Of a stretch of 64,000 nt of DNA, positions 55,517 to 64,000 are shown piece by piece. This DNA is from Bacteriovoracia bacterium (GTDB lineage: Bacteria; Bdellovibrionota; UBA1018; CAIPTA01). The position numbers and the translations under genes were made by a program. The DNA lies in assembly GCA_050246755.1 (NCBI GenBank), contig JBFWVL010000001.1:1568001-1632000 (forward strand), written 5' to 3'. The notes beneath the pieces were generated by a model that did not search any database, was not told where the DNA came from, and saw nothing but the letters and a program-made list of their open reading frames with translations. Numbering within the stretch: the first letter of the stretch is position 1; every line of letters begins with the position of its first letter.

Positions 55517-56707
55517 ATGGACCTTTTTGAGAAGTGTTACGCATTCCAGGACGCCAAAATGCTGCAGCAGGCAGGCGTATATCCTTTCTTTCGCGCGCTG
55601 GAGGGCGCCGCCGGCCCCCGCGTGGTGAGCGACGGCAAAGAGCGCGTGATGGTGGGTTCGAATAATTATCTCGGTCTCACGCAAAATCCGCGCGTGCAAG
55701 AAGCCGCCATCAAGGCGATCGAAAAATACGGCACGGGCTGCACGGGTTCTCGCTTCCTGAACGGCAACACTGATTTGCACGAGCAGCTCGAAGCCGAGCT
55801 CGCGAAATTCCTTCAGCGCGAAGCCGTGCTGGTATATGCCACCGGCTTCATGGCCAACCTCGGCGCGATTTCCTGCCTCGTGGGCCGCAAAGATATCATT
55901 TTCTCCGATCGTGAAAACCACGCCTCCATCGTGGAAGGCCAGAGCGCCGCGATCGGCGAAACCGTAAAGTACAAGCACAACGACATGCAGGAGCTCGAGC
56001 GCCTGCTTCGCGAATACGAGCACGTTCCTGGTAAATTAATTGTATTTGACGGCGTATTCTCCATGACCGGCCGGATCGTGAATCTTCCCGATATCGTGCG
56101 CCTGGCGAAAAAATACGGCGCCCGCACCTATTGCGATGACGCCCACGCCCTCGGCGTGATCGGTGCCGGCGGCCGGGGCACGCCTCATCACTTCGGCCTC
56201 AACGACGACGTGGACCTCACCATGGGAACCTTCTCGAAGAGCTTCGCTTCCCTCGGCGGCTATATCGCCGGGAAAAAAGACATCATTCACTATATCAAGC
56301 ACAAGAGCCGTTCGTTTATGTTCTCGGCCTCGCTTCCTCCGGCTTCCGCCGCCACCGTGCTCGAGTGCGTGCGCGTGATCCAGGAAAATCCTGGTCTCGT
56401 AGATAAACTTTGGAAGAACGCCCGTAAGATGAAAGCGGGCCTCGAGGCCCTCGGTTTCGACACCATGGGATCCCAAACCCCCGTGATCCCGGTATTGATC
56501 GGCGACGATCTCAAAGCCTTCATGTTCACGAAGCGTCTCTATGAGCTCGGCGTATTCGCCACGCCGGTGGTTTCTCCGGCCGTGCCCAAGGGCTACGCCT
56601 TGATCCGTACCAGCTACATGAGCACCCACGAAGATAAAGACCTCGATTTCGTGCTGGATGTGTTCGCGCAAGTGGGCAAAGAGTTCGGCATCATCCGCCC
56701 GCAATAA
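55517..56707 (+). CDS. spt: Serine palmitoyltransferase (alpha-oxoamine synthase family)
   Basis: GSNNYLGL, GSRFLNG, NHASI and DDAH motifs; PLP-lysine motif GTFSKS (SPT-type, not GTLGKA); adjacent to a ceramide synthase homologue. Confidence 0.8.
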   Translation: MDLFEKCYAFQDAKMLQQAGVYPFFRALEGAAGPRVVSDGKERVMVGSNNYLGLTQNPRVQEAAIKAIEKYGTGCTGSRFLNGNTDLHEQLEAELAKFLQREAVLVYATGFMANLGAISCLVGRKDIIFSDRENHASIVEGQSAAIGETVKYKHNDMQELERLLREYEHVPGKLIVFDGVFSMTGRIVNLPDIVRLAKKYGARTYCDDAHALGVIGAGGRGTPHHFGLNDDVDLTMGTFSKSFASLGGYIAGKKDIIHYIKHKSRSFMFSASLPPASAATVLECVRVIQENPGLVDKLWKNARKMKAGLEALGFDTMGSQTPVIPVLIGDDLKAFMFTKRLYELGVFATPVVSPAVPKGYALIRTSYMSTHEDKDLDFVLDVFAQVGKEFGIIRPQ

Positions 56708-56717
56708 GGTAGGGGTT

Positions 56718-57860
56718 ATGAGCGCCATCGAGTTAGTAGCCTTTACTCCCGCCGAGAACAAAGCCGAGCGCAAGCGCTTCATCGAGCTCGCGTGGACGAT
56801 CAATAAAAAAGATCCCGCTTGGGTTCCGCCGCTCCGCCTCACCGTCGAAGACTCTCTCGATACCAAGAAAAACCCTTTCTACCAACACGCGAAGATCCAG
56901 CTCTGGAACGCGTACCGCAACGGTGAACACGTGGGGCGCATCGGCGCCATCGTGGATGATCGCCACAACGAGTTTCACGGCGAGAAAACCGGTTTCTGGG
57001 GTTTCTTCGAGTGCGTGAACGATCACGAGGTTTCCACCGCGCTGTTTGCCAAAGCCCATGCCTGGCTCAAGCAGCACGGCATGCGGGTGGCCCGCGGCCC
57101 CGCCAATCCCAGCCTCAATCACGAGTGCGGTCTCGTGGTGAACGCGTTCAACGAGGCCCCCTTCGTGATGATGACCCACAATCCCGCCTACTATGTGGAG
57201 CTCGTGGAGAAACAGGGGTACCTCAAGACCAAAGATCTCTACGCGTTCAAGATGACGCCCGATGATTTCGATCCGCGCGTGGTGCGCATCGCCGAGAAGG
57301 TGAAAGCCCGTGGGAAAATGGAAATCCGTTCGATCAACATGAAGCGTTTCCACCAAGAAGTGCAGCTCATCCGCGAGATTTATAACGCCGCCTGGGAAAA
57401 GAACTGGGGCTTCGTGCCCATGGACGACGCCGAGTTCAAGCACATGGCGAAATCCCTGAAAGATATTATCTGGCCGAATTTCTGCCAGCTCGGTTTCATC
57501 AACGGTAAAGCCATCGGCTTCGCGCTCAGCCTGCCCGACATCAATCAGGTGCTGAAAGATATTCCCAACGGCAAGCTTCTCCCTTTCGGGATTTTCAAAT
57601 TGCTGAGTGGGATGAACCCCAAGGCGAAAAAAATCCGTGGCGTGCGCGTGATCACCCTCGGCGTGATTCCCGAGTACCGCGCAAGCGGCCTGGCGAGCGT
57701 GTTTTATTCCGAAGCGGCGCAGGAGGCGAAGCGCCTCGGCCTCGGCGACTGCGAGATGAGCTGGATCCTCGAAGACAATCGCGACATGGTGGCCGCCATT
57801 CAGGCATTCTCGGGCGAGCCCCCGTATAAAACCTTCCGGCTCTACGATAAGTCGCTTTGA
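56718..57860 (+). CDS. GNAT-fold N-acyltransferase, bacterial ceramide synthase (bCerS/YghO-like)
   Basis: WVPPL, GRI.A..D, G.WGFFE, RGP.N, HNP.YY, NWGFVPM, LPDINQ and SWILEDN motifs. Confidence 0.75.
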   Translation: MSAIELVAFTPAENKAERKRFIELAWTINKKDPAWVPPLRLTVEDSLDTKKNPFYQHAKIQLWNAYRNGEHVGRIGAIVDDRHNEFHGEKTGFWGFFECVNDHEVSTALFAKAHAWLKQHGMRVARGPANPSLNHECGLVVNAFNEAPFVMMTHNPAYYVELVEKQGYLKTKDLYAFKMTPDDFDPRVVRIAEKVKARGKMEIRSINMKRFHQEVQLIREIYNAAWEKNWGFVPMDDAEFKHMAKSLKDIIWPNFCQLGFINGKAIGFALSLPDINQVLKDIPNGKLLPFGIFKLLSGMNPKAKKIRGVRVITLGVIPEYRASGLASVFYSEAAQEAKRLGLGDCEMSWILEDNRDMVAAIQAFSGEPPYKTFRLYDKSL

Positions 57861-58026
57861 TCTGCCTCACGCTCGCCCTCGTGCACCTCTGCTCATCTAA
57901 GCCTTAGTCAAAATCTTTTCATCTTACACTCCAACCGGTGTCTGTAAGCATATGTTTGCGCGTTTACGTGGAAGACAGTCACGGAATGCGAATCCGCTTC
58001 CGAATAGCTCTTACTAAGGAGCTATT

Positions 58027-58968
58027 ATGACAACCGCTTTCTCTCTCGCACTCGCTTCCGTGATTGCCCTGGCGCTGAATGTTACCCCCGTATTCGCAGC
58101 CCAGCCCTCCAATCCGGTGATGGACCCCAACTTCGTGATTCTGCCCAACGGCAAAGATCTCCGCACTCTCAGTACGTCCAACGGAAAACTAGTTTTGAAG
58201 AAAGGCGACGGAAAAACCTTCACCGCCGCTCTTCAGGCCAAATACTTAAAGATCAAAAATGATTCCCTAACCAAGAAGAATACTCCCGTTACCTGGGTGC
58301 TGATGGATCTCGATGCTCATCAGATCGTGGCTCAAAGCGCCGAAGCCAGCCGCAAGCAGTTCGGTGCCTCGGTGAATAAAATTTTCATCGCCGCCACTCT
58401 ACTGGATAAAACGCGCGGACAGCTGAATTCCAACCAGCTTCACTTGATGGTGAAGATGCTGGCCGATTCTTCGAACGTAGCCCGCGACGAAATGGCCTGG
58501 AATGAAATCGGCGGGGGAAATAAAACCCGTGGCCGCCAAGCCATCCAGAATTTCACTCAGCGCATGGGGTACCTCCGCACCCGCGCTTATGGCGGATATT
58601 TAGGCAGCCTTCACGGCAATGAGCTCAGCGCCACCGAGACGGCCGAATTTCTCTACGATACTTACCAGGGCCGCTATCCCGGTGCCGAATACGTTTGGAA
58701 GCTCATGCATACCTGCCGGACCGGCGCGGGCCGAGCCCGCACCTATTTGCCCACGAGCCTCATCGTAGGCGGAAAGACCGGAACTTATTCCGGCGGCACC
58801 GTGGATCCCGAGACCGGCCGTAGCACTTCCGTGCGCGTGAAGCACCACACGATCATCTTCAACTACGATGGCCGTGAGTATGCGCTCTCGATCTACGCTA
58901 ATACCGGCCTCGACGAAACCACCGCCATCCTGGCCGGCGGTCTGGTGCGCGAATATATCATTCGGTAA
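58027..58968 (+). CDS. Secreted serine hydrolase, class A beta-lactamase/PBP-like; paralogue of 15892-16836
   Basis: SVNK, SSN and KTG motifs; long near-identical blocks shared with the other copy (e.g. AEFLYDTYQG.YPGA). Confidence 0.82.
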   Translation: MTTAFSLALASVIALALNVTPVFAAQPSNPVMDPNFVILPNGKDLRTLSTSNGKLVLKKGDGKTFTAALQAKYLKIKNDSLTKKNTPVTWVLMDLDAHQIVAQSAEASRKQFGASVNKIFIAATLLDKTRGQLNSNQLHLMVKMLADSSNVARDEMAWNEIGGGNKTRGRQAIQNFTQRMGYLRTRAYGGYLGSLHGNELSATETAEFLYDTYQGRYPGAEYVWKLMHTCRTGAGRARTYLPTSLIVGGKTGTYSGGTVDPETGRSTSVRVKHHTIIFNYDGREYALSIYANTGLDETTAILAGGLVREYIIR

Positions 58969-58982
58969 AAGTTGCCTAACTT

Positions 58983-59020
58983 AAGCCGGGCGCCCAAAGC
59001 TTCCGGCTTTTTCTTTTTTT
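58983..59020 (+). terminator. Intrinsic terminator
   Basis: aagccgg...ccggctt followed by a T-run. Confidence 0.7.
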
Positions 59021-59048
59021 GGTGCCCCGGTTTTGGTAGATTTCAGGA

Positions 59049-59657
59049 ATGAAGCTACCGCTCGATAACTACGAAGCCTTTCTCTTCGATCTCGACGGTA
59101 CTCTCGCCAATTCCATGCCCCTCCACAATGAGGCCTGGATCGGCACGCTGAGGGACCGTGGCCATCATATCACCGCCGAAGTTCTCCAGGAGTACGCCGG
59201 GATTCAAAACCCGCGCACGATCGAGCTCTTCAACGAGCGGTTCAGCTGGAAACTCGATGCGGACTCCGTGATAGCCGAAAAAGAAGCGCGCTTTTTAAGA
59301 AACCTCGCGCTCGTGAAGCCCATCGAAGCGGTATTGAAAATCGCGCACGAAAATTTCGGTAAGAAAAAACTAGCGATCGTATCCGGCGGACATAAAGAGT
59401 TGGTGAAGCAGATCCTGCATGCCCTAAAGATCGAGCAGCTCTTTCCCGTAGCGGTTTGCGCCGAAGATACCGTGCGCGGGAAACCGCATCCCGATCCCTT
59501 TCTGCAAGCCGCGATTCGTTTGCGGGTTCGGGCGGAGCAGTGTTTGGTATTTGAAGACGGGGAGGCCGGAATCCAGGGCGCGAAGGCGGCGGGGATGGGC
59601 GTGGTGCGAGTGGGATCGGGGCCGGGATTTAGGCTGGAATTTTTGTGTAAGGCCTAG
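59049..59657 (+). CDS. HAD family phosphatase (YqaB/beta-PGM-like)
   Basis: FDLDGTL.NSMPLH; GKPHPD; FEDG..G..GA..AGM. Confidence 0.9.
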   Translation: MKLPLDNYEAFLFDLDGTLANSMPLHNEAWIGTLRDRGHHITAEVLQEYAGIQNPRTIELFNERFSWKLDADSVIAEKEARFLRNLALVKPIEAVLKIAHENFGKKKLAIVSGGHKELVKQILHALKIEQLFPVAVCAEDTVRGKPHPDPFLQAAIRLRVRAEQCLVFEDGEAGIQGAKAAGMGVVRVGSGPGFRLEFLCKA

Positions 59658-59782
59658 AGAAGCTTAATAAGCGCCACAATAGAATTTTCGCCGACCAGCG
59701 TTCGAATATGGTTCTCGGGATGATCGAAAACTGCCCGCGTCACGAGCGCGCAATCGCGAAGCGGTTATGATATTCTTCACCT

Positions 59783-60328
59783 ATGAGAGTGCTCGGCATC
59801 GATCCTGGATCCAATTATATGGGGCTTGCCTGCGTGGAAGCGCGCGGCACCTCCGTGCAGTGGATCGGCCACCGCGTGATCAAGGTTCTCGATAAGAACG
59901 ACAAGGCGATCGCGCCCCGTCTCAAAACAATTCACCTAGCCGTGCAAGAAGCGATTGCGCTCTGGCGGCCCGCCTCTATTTCGGTGGAAGAAGTTTTCTT
60001 CGCCAAGAACGCGCAGAGCGCCCTGAAGCTGGGCCAGGCCCGCGGCGCCGCGATTGCCAGCGCGGCCATTTTAGAGATCCCTGTATTCGAATATCCCGCC
60101 ACCATCGTGAAGCAGGCTGTGTCGGGCTCGGGCCGTGCCGAAAAAGAGCAGGTGGAGAGAATGGTGCGCGCTATTTTGGGGAAATCATTGCCTTCCGAAG
60201 AGGATTTCGCCCGCGCCGACGCCTCCGATGCGCTGGCCGTTGCGATCTGCCATTTGCAGTACCGCCACCGGGCCGAATTATTACGTCCTTCCAAGCCGGA
60301 AAAAAGGCTTGGTATCGCCCCGCGCTAA
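59783..60328 (+). CDS. ruvC: Holliday junction resolvase RuvC
   Basis: LGIDPG; EEVF; LGQARG; VKQAV.G.G.A.K; DASDALAVA. Confidence 0.95.
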   Translation: MRVLGIDPGSNYMGLACVEARGTSVQWIGHRVIKVLDKNDKAIAPRLKTIHLAVQEAIALWRPASISVEEVFFAKNAQSALKLGQARGAAIASAAILEIPVFEYPATIVKQAVSGSGRAEKEQVERMVRAILGKSLPSEEDFARADASDALAVAICHLQYRHRAELLRPSKPEKRLGIAPR

Positions 60329-60344
60329 AGGATACAAATTACCT

Positions 60345-61001
60345 ATGATCGCTAGGCTCCGAGGATCACTCGCAGAAAAAACGGAAGAACGCCTGATCGT
60401 CGATGTTCAGGGCATGGGCTACGGTCTTTTCATTCCCTCTACCGTTTTCCATAAGCTTCCCGAAGTGGGCTCCGACGTTACCCTTCAGGTCCACACGCAC
60501 GTGCGCGAAGATCACATCATTCTCTACGGATTCCTTACCCAGCTCGAGAAAGACGTTTTTGAAATTCTCATGAGCGCGAGTGGGGTGGGGGCGAAAACCG
60601 CTCTCGCGATTCTTTCTTCGGTGGAAGCCGACCAGATCCTTGCCGCCCTTTCCCAGGGCAATACGGCCCTCCTCTCGGGAATCTCGGGCGTGGGCAAGAA
60701 GACCGTGGAAAAGCTCTTCATCGAGCTCAAAGAGAAGGCGGATAAGCGTCTGATCCTCGAAAAAGGCGGGACCCCTTCCAGAAAATCCGCGGGATCCATC
60801 CCTTCTTCCGGAAAAACTTCCTGGATCTCGGATCTCGAGCAGGCTTTACTGGGGCTTGGCTACCGCGATAGCGACGTGAGCACCATCGTGCGCGACGTGG
60901 CCGGAAAAACCGCTGAGCTTGGTGGCTTCGATGCCGCCCTTCGCTACGCCCTTTCGAATCTTTCACGTGGATCAACTAAATCCGCTAGGGGGAATGCGTG
61001 A
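60345..61001 (+). CDS. ruvA: Holliday junction branch migration protein RuvA
   Basis: MIA.LRG; VRED...LYGF; SGVG.KTA; GVGKKT.E. Confidence 0.95.
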   Translation: MIARLRGSLAEKTEERLIVDVQGMGYGLFIPSTVFHKLPEVGSDVTLQVHTHVREDHIILYGFLTQLEKDVFEILMSASGVGAKTALAILSSVEADQILAALSQGNTALLSGISGVGKKTVEKLFIELKEKADKRLILEKGGTPSRKSAGSIPSSGKTSWISDLEQALLGLGYRDSDVSTIVRDVAGKTAELGGFDAALRYALSNLSRGSTKSARGNA

Positions 61002-62035
61002 ACGAAATTTTTGAAGAATCCAGAATGGTTGCGCCCGACTTGGCCATGCCCGAGATGGTTTCCGAGCAGAACCTTCGTCCCCAATCCTTTTCCGATTTTA
61101 TCGGCCAGAAATCCCTCAAGGATAACCTCGCCGTTTATATCGAAGCCGCCAAGCGCCGTAGCGAAGCCCTGGATCATTGCTTGTTTGCCGGCCCTCCGGG
61201 CTTGGGCAAAACCACCTTGGCCTATCTCGTGGCCAAGACCATCGGCTCCGAGCTTTTCACCATCTCTGGCCCGGCCCTCGATAAAAAGGGCGACCTCGCC
61301 GCCGTGCTCACCAACCTCAAGCCCAACGATGTGCTCTTCATCGACGAAATCCACCGCGTGCCGATCGCCGTGGAAGAGGTGCTCTATAGCGCCATGGAAG
61401 ATTTCAAGCTCGATATCATTCTTGGCCAAGGTCCCGGCGCCCGGACCATGCGCATCGATCTTCCTCGCTTCACCTTGATCGGAGCCACCACTCGTTCCGG
61501 CCTCCTGTCCACGCCGCTACGCGACCGCTTTGGAATCAACTTCGTGCTCGAGTTCTATAAGCCCGAAGATATCCAGCAGATTTTAATGCATGGCGCTACT
61601 CGCCTGGGCGTGAAGCTTCTCGAAAGCGGAGCCAAAGAGTTGGCCCATCGGTCCCGCGGTACCCCCCGTATCGCCAACCGCCTCCTCCGCCGCGTTCGCG
61701 ACTTTGCCGAAGTGAACGGCAAAGGCGTGATCGATGAAACTATGGCGAAATCCGCTTTGACTAGCCTGGCCGTAGACCAGCGTGGCCTCGATGCGATGGA
61801 TAAACGCATTCTCCTAACGATTATCGAGAAGTTCGACGGGGGCCCGGTGGGCCTAGATACCCTGGCTTCGGCGATTGGCGAAGAAGCCCAAACGATTGAA
61901 GACGTGTATGAACCCTTCCTTTTGCAACAGGGCTTCATCCATCGCACTCCGCGCGGGCGTTTGGCGGCCCGACTTTCCTACGAACATTTTGGCTTGGAAT
62001 ATCAGCGAGAAGCGCAAATCGATCTAGAATTATGA
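60998..62035 (+). CDS. ruvB: Holliday junction branch migration helicase RuvB
   Basis: LRP; GPPGLGKTT; FIDEIHR; GATTR; RGTPRIANRLLRRVRD. Confidence 0.97.
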   Translation: MNEIFEESRMVAPDLAMPEMVSEQNLRPQSFSDFIGQKSLKDNLAVYIEAAKRRSEALDHCLFAGPPGLGKTTLAYLVAKTIGSELFTISGPALDKKGDLAAVLTNLKPNDVLFIDEIHRVPIAVEEVLYSAMEDFKLDIILGQGPGARTMRIDLPRFTLIGATTRSGLLSTPLRDRFGINFVLEFYKPEDIQQILMHGATRLGVKLLESGAKELAHRSRGTPRIANRLLRRVRDFAEVNGKGVIDETMAKSALTSLAVDQRGLDAMDKRILLTIIEKFDGGPVGLDTLASAIGEEAQTIEDVYEPFLLQQGFIHRTPRGRLAARLSYEHFGLEYQREAQIDLEL

Positions 62036-62098
62036 TTGACCCAAACCAGGGCCTAAGGTTATTACCAAGACCTTGGAAAATTCGGTGACGAATTTTAA

Positions 62099-62175
62099 GG
62101 GCCTATAGCTCAGTCGGCTAGAGCATCTCACTTTTAATGAGAGGGTCGGTGGTTCGAGTCCACCTGGGCCCACCA
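62099..62175 (+). tRNA. tRNA-Lys (UUU)
   Basis: Cloverleaf with acceptor GGGCCTA/TGGGCCC; anticodon stem TCTCA-CTTTTAA-TGAGA; TTCGA T-loop; encoded CCA. Confidence 0.96.
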
Positions 62176-62201
62176 GTTTTCCAAGAGAGTTTTGTTACTG
62201 C

Positions 62202-62279
62202 GTTCCCTTCGTCTAGCCCGGTCTAGGACACCTCCCTTTCACGGAGGTAACGGGGGTTCGAATCCCCCAGGGAACGCCA
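62202..62279 (+). tRNA. tRNA-Glu (UUC)
   Basis: Acceptor GTTCCCT/AGGGAAC; anticodon CCTCC-CTTTCAC-GGAGG; TTCGA T-loop; encoded CCA. Confidence 0.96.
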
Positions 62280-62303
62280 TTTTTCTATCTCTATAAATTT
62301 CAG

Positions 62304-62777
62304 TTACTTATTCACGGACTCCCCCAATAGATTCGAACCAATCCGAACTACTTTATGCGTAAAGAGGCGTTCCATTACTACGCCCATCAAGATGACGAAG
62401 GGGACGGTCACTGCGAGCCGCAGCAACGAAAATCTCAGGCCGAGGAAATGGCTTTCGATCAGTAGCATCGGGATCTTAATGGATGCCCACGAGCCTAAAA
62501 ATATGACGGTATTGGCTGTGCGTCCGCCCTTCTTAGAAAAGGTAGAGGCGATGGGGAACGCTGCGAATAGGGGGCCTGCTGCAAGGGATCCCAGCAATAT
62601 TGCTAGAAACATTCCTTTGGTCCCCGATTTTTTTCCAAGATACGCTTCCACTGTATTCGCAGGTAACCAAGCCTCGAGGAGTTTGAGAAACAGAAGAACC
62701 GGCGGAAATATACTGAGTACGCTGATAGAGAAGTGAAAAGCATTTATGCCTGTTTGTTCCAGCAAGCCCATTGTCAT
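62304..62777 (-). CDS. Small permease subunit (DUF318/ArsP-like), second half
   Basis: ATGA overlap with the upstream gene; GSLAAGP...AFP; KIPML..E..FLG.RF. Confidence 0.75.
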   Translation of the reverse strand: MTMGLLEQTGINAFHFSISVLSIFPPVLLFLKLLEAWLPANTVEAYLGKKSGTKGMFLAILLGSLAAGPLFAAFPIASTFSKKGGRTANTVIFLGSWASIKIPMLLIESHFLGLRFSLLRLAVTVPFVILMGVVMERLFTHKVVRIGSNLLGESVNK

Positions 62778-63247
62778 AGCAATACTCCCAGCAGCAGGCC
62801 GATTGAGACGGCAGCAACAAAACTCATTGATTGTCTCAGGAGCGTAAATCGCACTCCAAAATAAGATATTTCCATCGGCGCCGTGACAACGCCCACCATG
62901 GTCAACGTGGTAATAAACGAGGCTAGCAGAGGGAGAGGGGCCCCCATTTCTAAAAGCGTTCCCGCCAAAGGGAAGGCGATTGGCCCGGGGATTGTCACCA
63001 AGGCGCCCACCAGTGAAACCCCGATATGATTCCAAACACTATCTGCCTTGAATAGGCGGAGCAGAGTTTCTTGCGGAAAGAGCGCAAGGGTGAAACCTAC
63101 AATGGCGATCATCCCTAAAAGCCCGGGCGCGAGATTCTTCAAGGCACAGGCGCTTTTTTTCAGCGCCAGAAGCGTTCTCGCGCGGTCTTTGCGGTATGAA
63201 ATCAGCGTAGCTAGCAAAGACGCTGCCCAGATCAGCGCGAGCATCAT
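62774..63247 (-). CDS. Small permease subunit (DUF318/ArsP-like), first half
   Basis: IPG.IAFPLA..LL..GA; FITTLTMVG.VT.P.E..YFG. Confidence 0.78.
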   Translation of the reverse strand: MMLALIWAASLLATLISYRKDRARTLLALKKSACALKNLAPGLLGMIAIVGFTLALFPQETLLRLFKADSVWNHIGVSLVGALVTIPGPIAFPLAGTLLEMGAPLPLLASFITTLTMVGVVTAPMEISYFGVRFTLLRQSMSFVAAVSIGLLLGVLL

Positions 63248-63750
63248 AATTGCTCCCAGCGTTCCATGCGGCCGGCCCGCTCTTCTTCTTTAAGATCCAA
63301 GCTCGTGAGCCTTAGGATGACTGCGTCTTCTGAGCAGCACTTGGTGTCGTGAATCTCTCCGGGCAGGTAAAGGCGCGTATCACCGGCTGTAAGTGTTTCT
63401 CTGTTCTTTAGAATCAGATGATCTGAGCCATTAAGGCGAGTCGCGTTGAAATAGTTTCCCATCTCCACTTGTCCCGCTACCACGGCGTAAACGACCCAAG
63501 CGTCGCCGTGATTGTGTGGAATACGGTATTGCCCCTTTTTCTCGGAATAAGCCAAGAGAATGAAGCCTTCTTTGGGGGCCCGAAATAGTTCGACTCCTAC
63601 GGGAGGGGCGCGGGTAGCTTCTTCCAGTTGCTCCCTTACCTCTGGGTCGCTCGCCAGGCTTTTTAGGGCGGCTTTGATTGTGTTCACCGATTCCATTCTC
63701 AGGTTTTTCCAGAGTTCTTGTATCTCCAGAGCCGCATTTTTGATCCGCAT
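63244..63750 (-). CDS. Cupin protein, cysteine dioxygenase-like
   Basis: PHNHG..WVVY and PGEIH metal-binding His motifs; GGAGGA RBS before ATG 63750. Confidence 0.75.
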   Translation of the reverse strand: MRIKNAALEIQELWKNLRMESVNTIKAALKSLASDPEVREQLEEATRAPPVGVELFRAPKEGFILLAYSEKKGQYRIPHNHGDAWVVYAVVAGQVEMGNYFNATRLNGSDHLILKNRETLTAGDTRLYLPGEIHDTKCCSEDAVILRLTSLDLKEEERAGRMERWEQL

Positions 63751-63768
63751 ATTGTCCTCCTGGGTCCA

Positions 63769-63799
63769 GTAAGCCACTTAAAGTCAACTTGAGGTCAAT
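63769..63799 (-). promoter_or_regulatory. MerR/SoxR-type promoter with dyad in a 19-bp spacer
   Basis: Minus strand TTGACC-TCAAGTTGACTTTAAGTGG-CTTACT; the dyad resembles the SoxR box CCTCAAGTTAACTTGAGG. Confidence 0.75.
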
Positions 63800-63843
63800 A
63801 GAAAAAATGCATGGGTGTCTAACCGCTGGCATGGTAAGAAAAA

Positions 63844-64000
63844 ATGATGGATATCGGAGAGGTTTCCAAAAAGTCCGGCATTCTCCCTTCGGCGCTTCGC
63901 TATTACGAAGAGATCGGCTTGATCCGCTCAACTGCGCGGAAAGGATTGCGGCGCCAGTACCCAAAGAATATTTTGGACTTATTGGCGTTAATCACTTTGG
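63844..64000 (+). CDS. MerR family transcriptional regulator (partial, runs off the right edge)
   Basis: Manual translation MMDIGEVSKKSGILPSALRYYEEIGLI...RKGLRRQY. Confidence 0.88.
   Translation, partial: MMDIGEVSKKSGILPSALRYYEEIGLIRSTARKGLRRQYPKNILDLLALITL

Noticed and set aside
55517-56707. bioF or kbl assignment
   Set aside because: The GTFSKS motif and adjacency to a ceramide synthase homologue favour SPT; no bio or tdh genes are adjacent
57880-58026. Known riboswitch (e.g. c-di-GMP) upstream of the second serine hydrolase
   Set aside because: Hairpins are present but I could not match any conserved aptamer motif
1-64000. CRISPR arrays, rRNA, IS elements, prophage genes
   Set aside because: No repeat-spacer periodicity, transposase, integrase or phage structural motifs seen; the only tandem repeats found are coding (Calx-beta, FN3)

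Overview
About 56% GC bacterial chromosome segment. It is most consistent with a flagellated Bdellovibrionota/Oligoflexia-type organism; this is an inference from gene content (many exported hydrolases and lipoproteins, a csrA-fliW flagellar cluster, an SPT gene, RxPAS low-complexity motifs). Recognisable blocks: Calx-beta lipoprotein (partial), trmO, an SGNH+MBOAT acylation operon, secreted peptidases, a phospholipid head-group cluster (NTP transferase, ATP-grasp, CDP-alcohol transferase, flippase-like protein, HAD), xseB-tlyA-patatin-mrcA, folD-gcvT-gcvH, an HNH gene, flgFGAHIJMNKL-csrA-fliW, bamD, a vWA/FN3 adhesin, an iolM-like dehydrogenase, spt plus bacterial ceramide synthase, ruvCAB, tRNA-Lys/tRNA-Glu and a MerR-controlled permease unit. 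Two candidate undescribed systems stand out. (1) A roughly 175-nt GGA-hairpin RNA with its own sigma54 promoter and terminator between flgI and flgJ, which looks like a CsrA-sponge sRNA in a locus that also encodes FliW. (2) A three-gene operon of signal-peptide proteins: an L,D-transpeptidase-motif protein, a helical protein and a glucan-water-dikinase-like His-swivel/ATP-grasp enzyme, divergent from a PBP/beta-lactamase-like serine hydrolase. Many housekeeping genes also look leaderless. No CRISPR array, rRNA or transposase was seen. All calls come from reading motifs by eye; no database searches were run.
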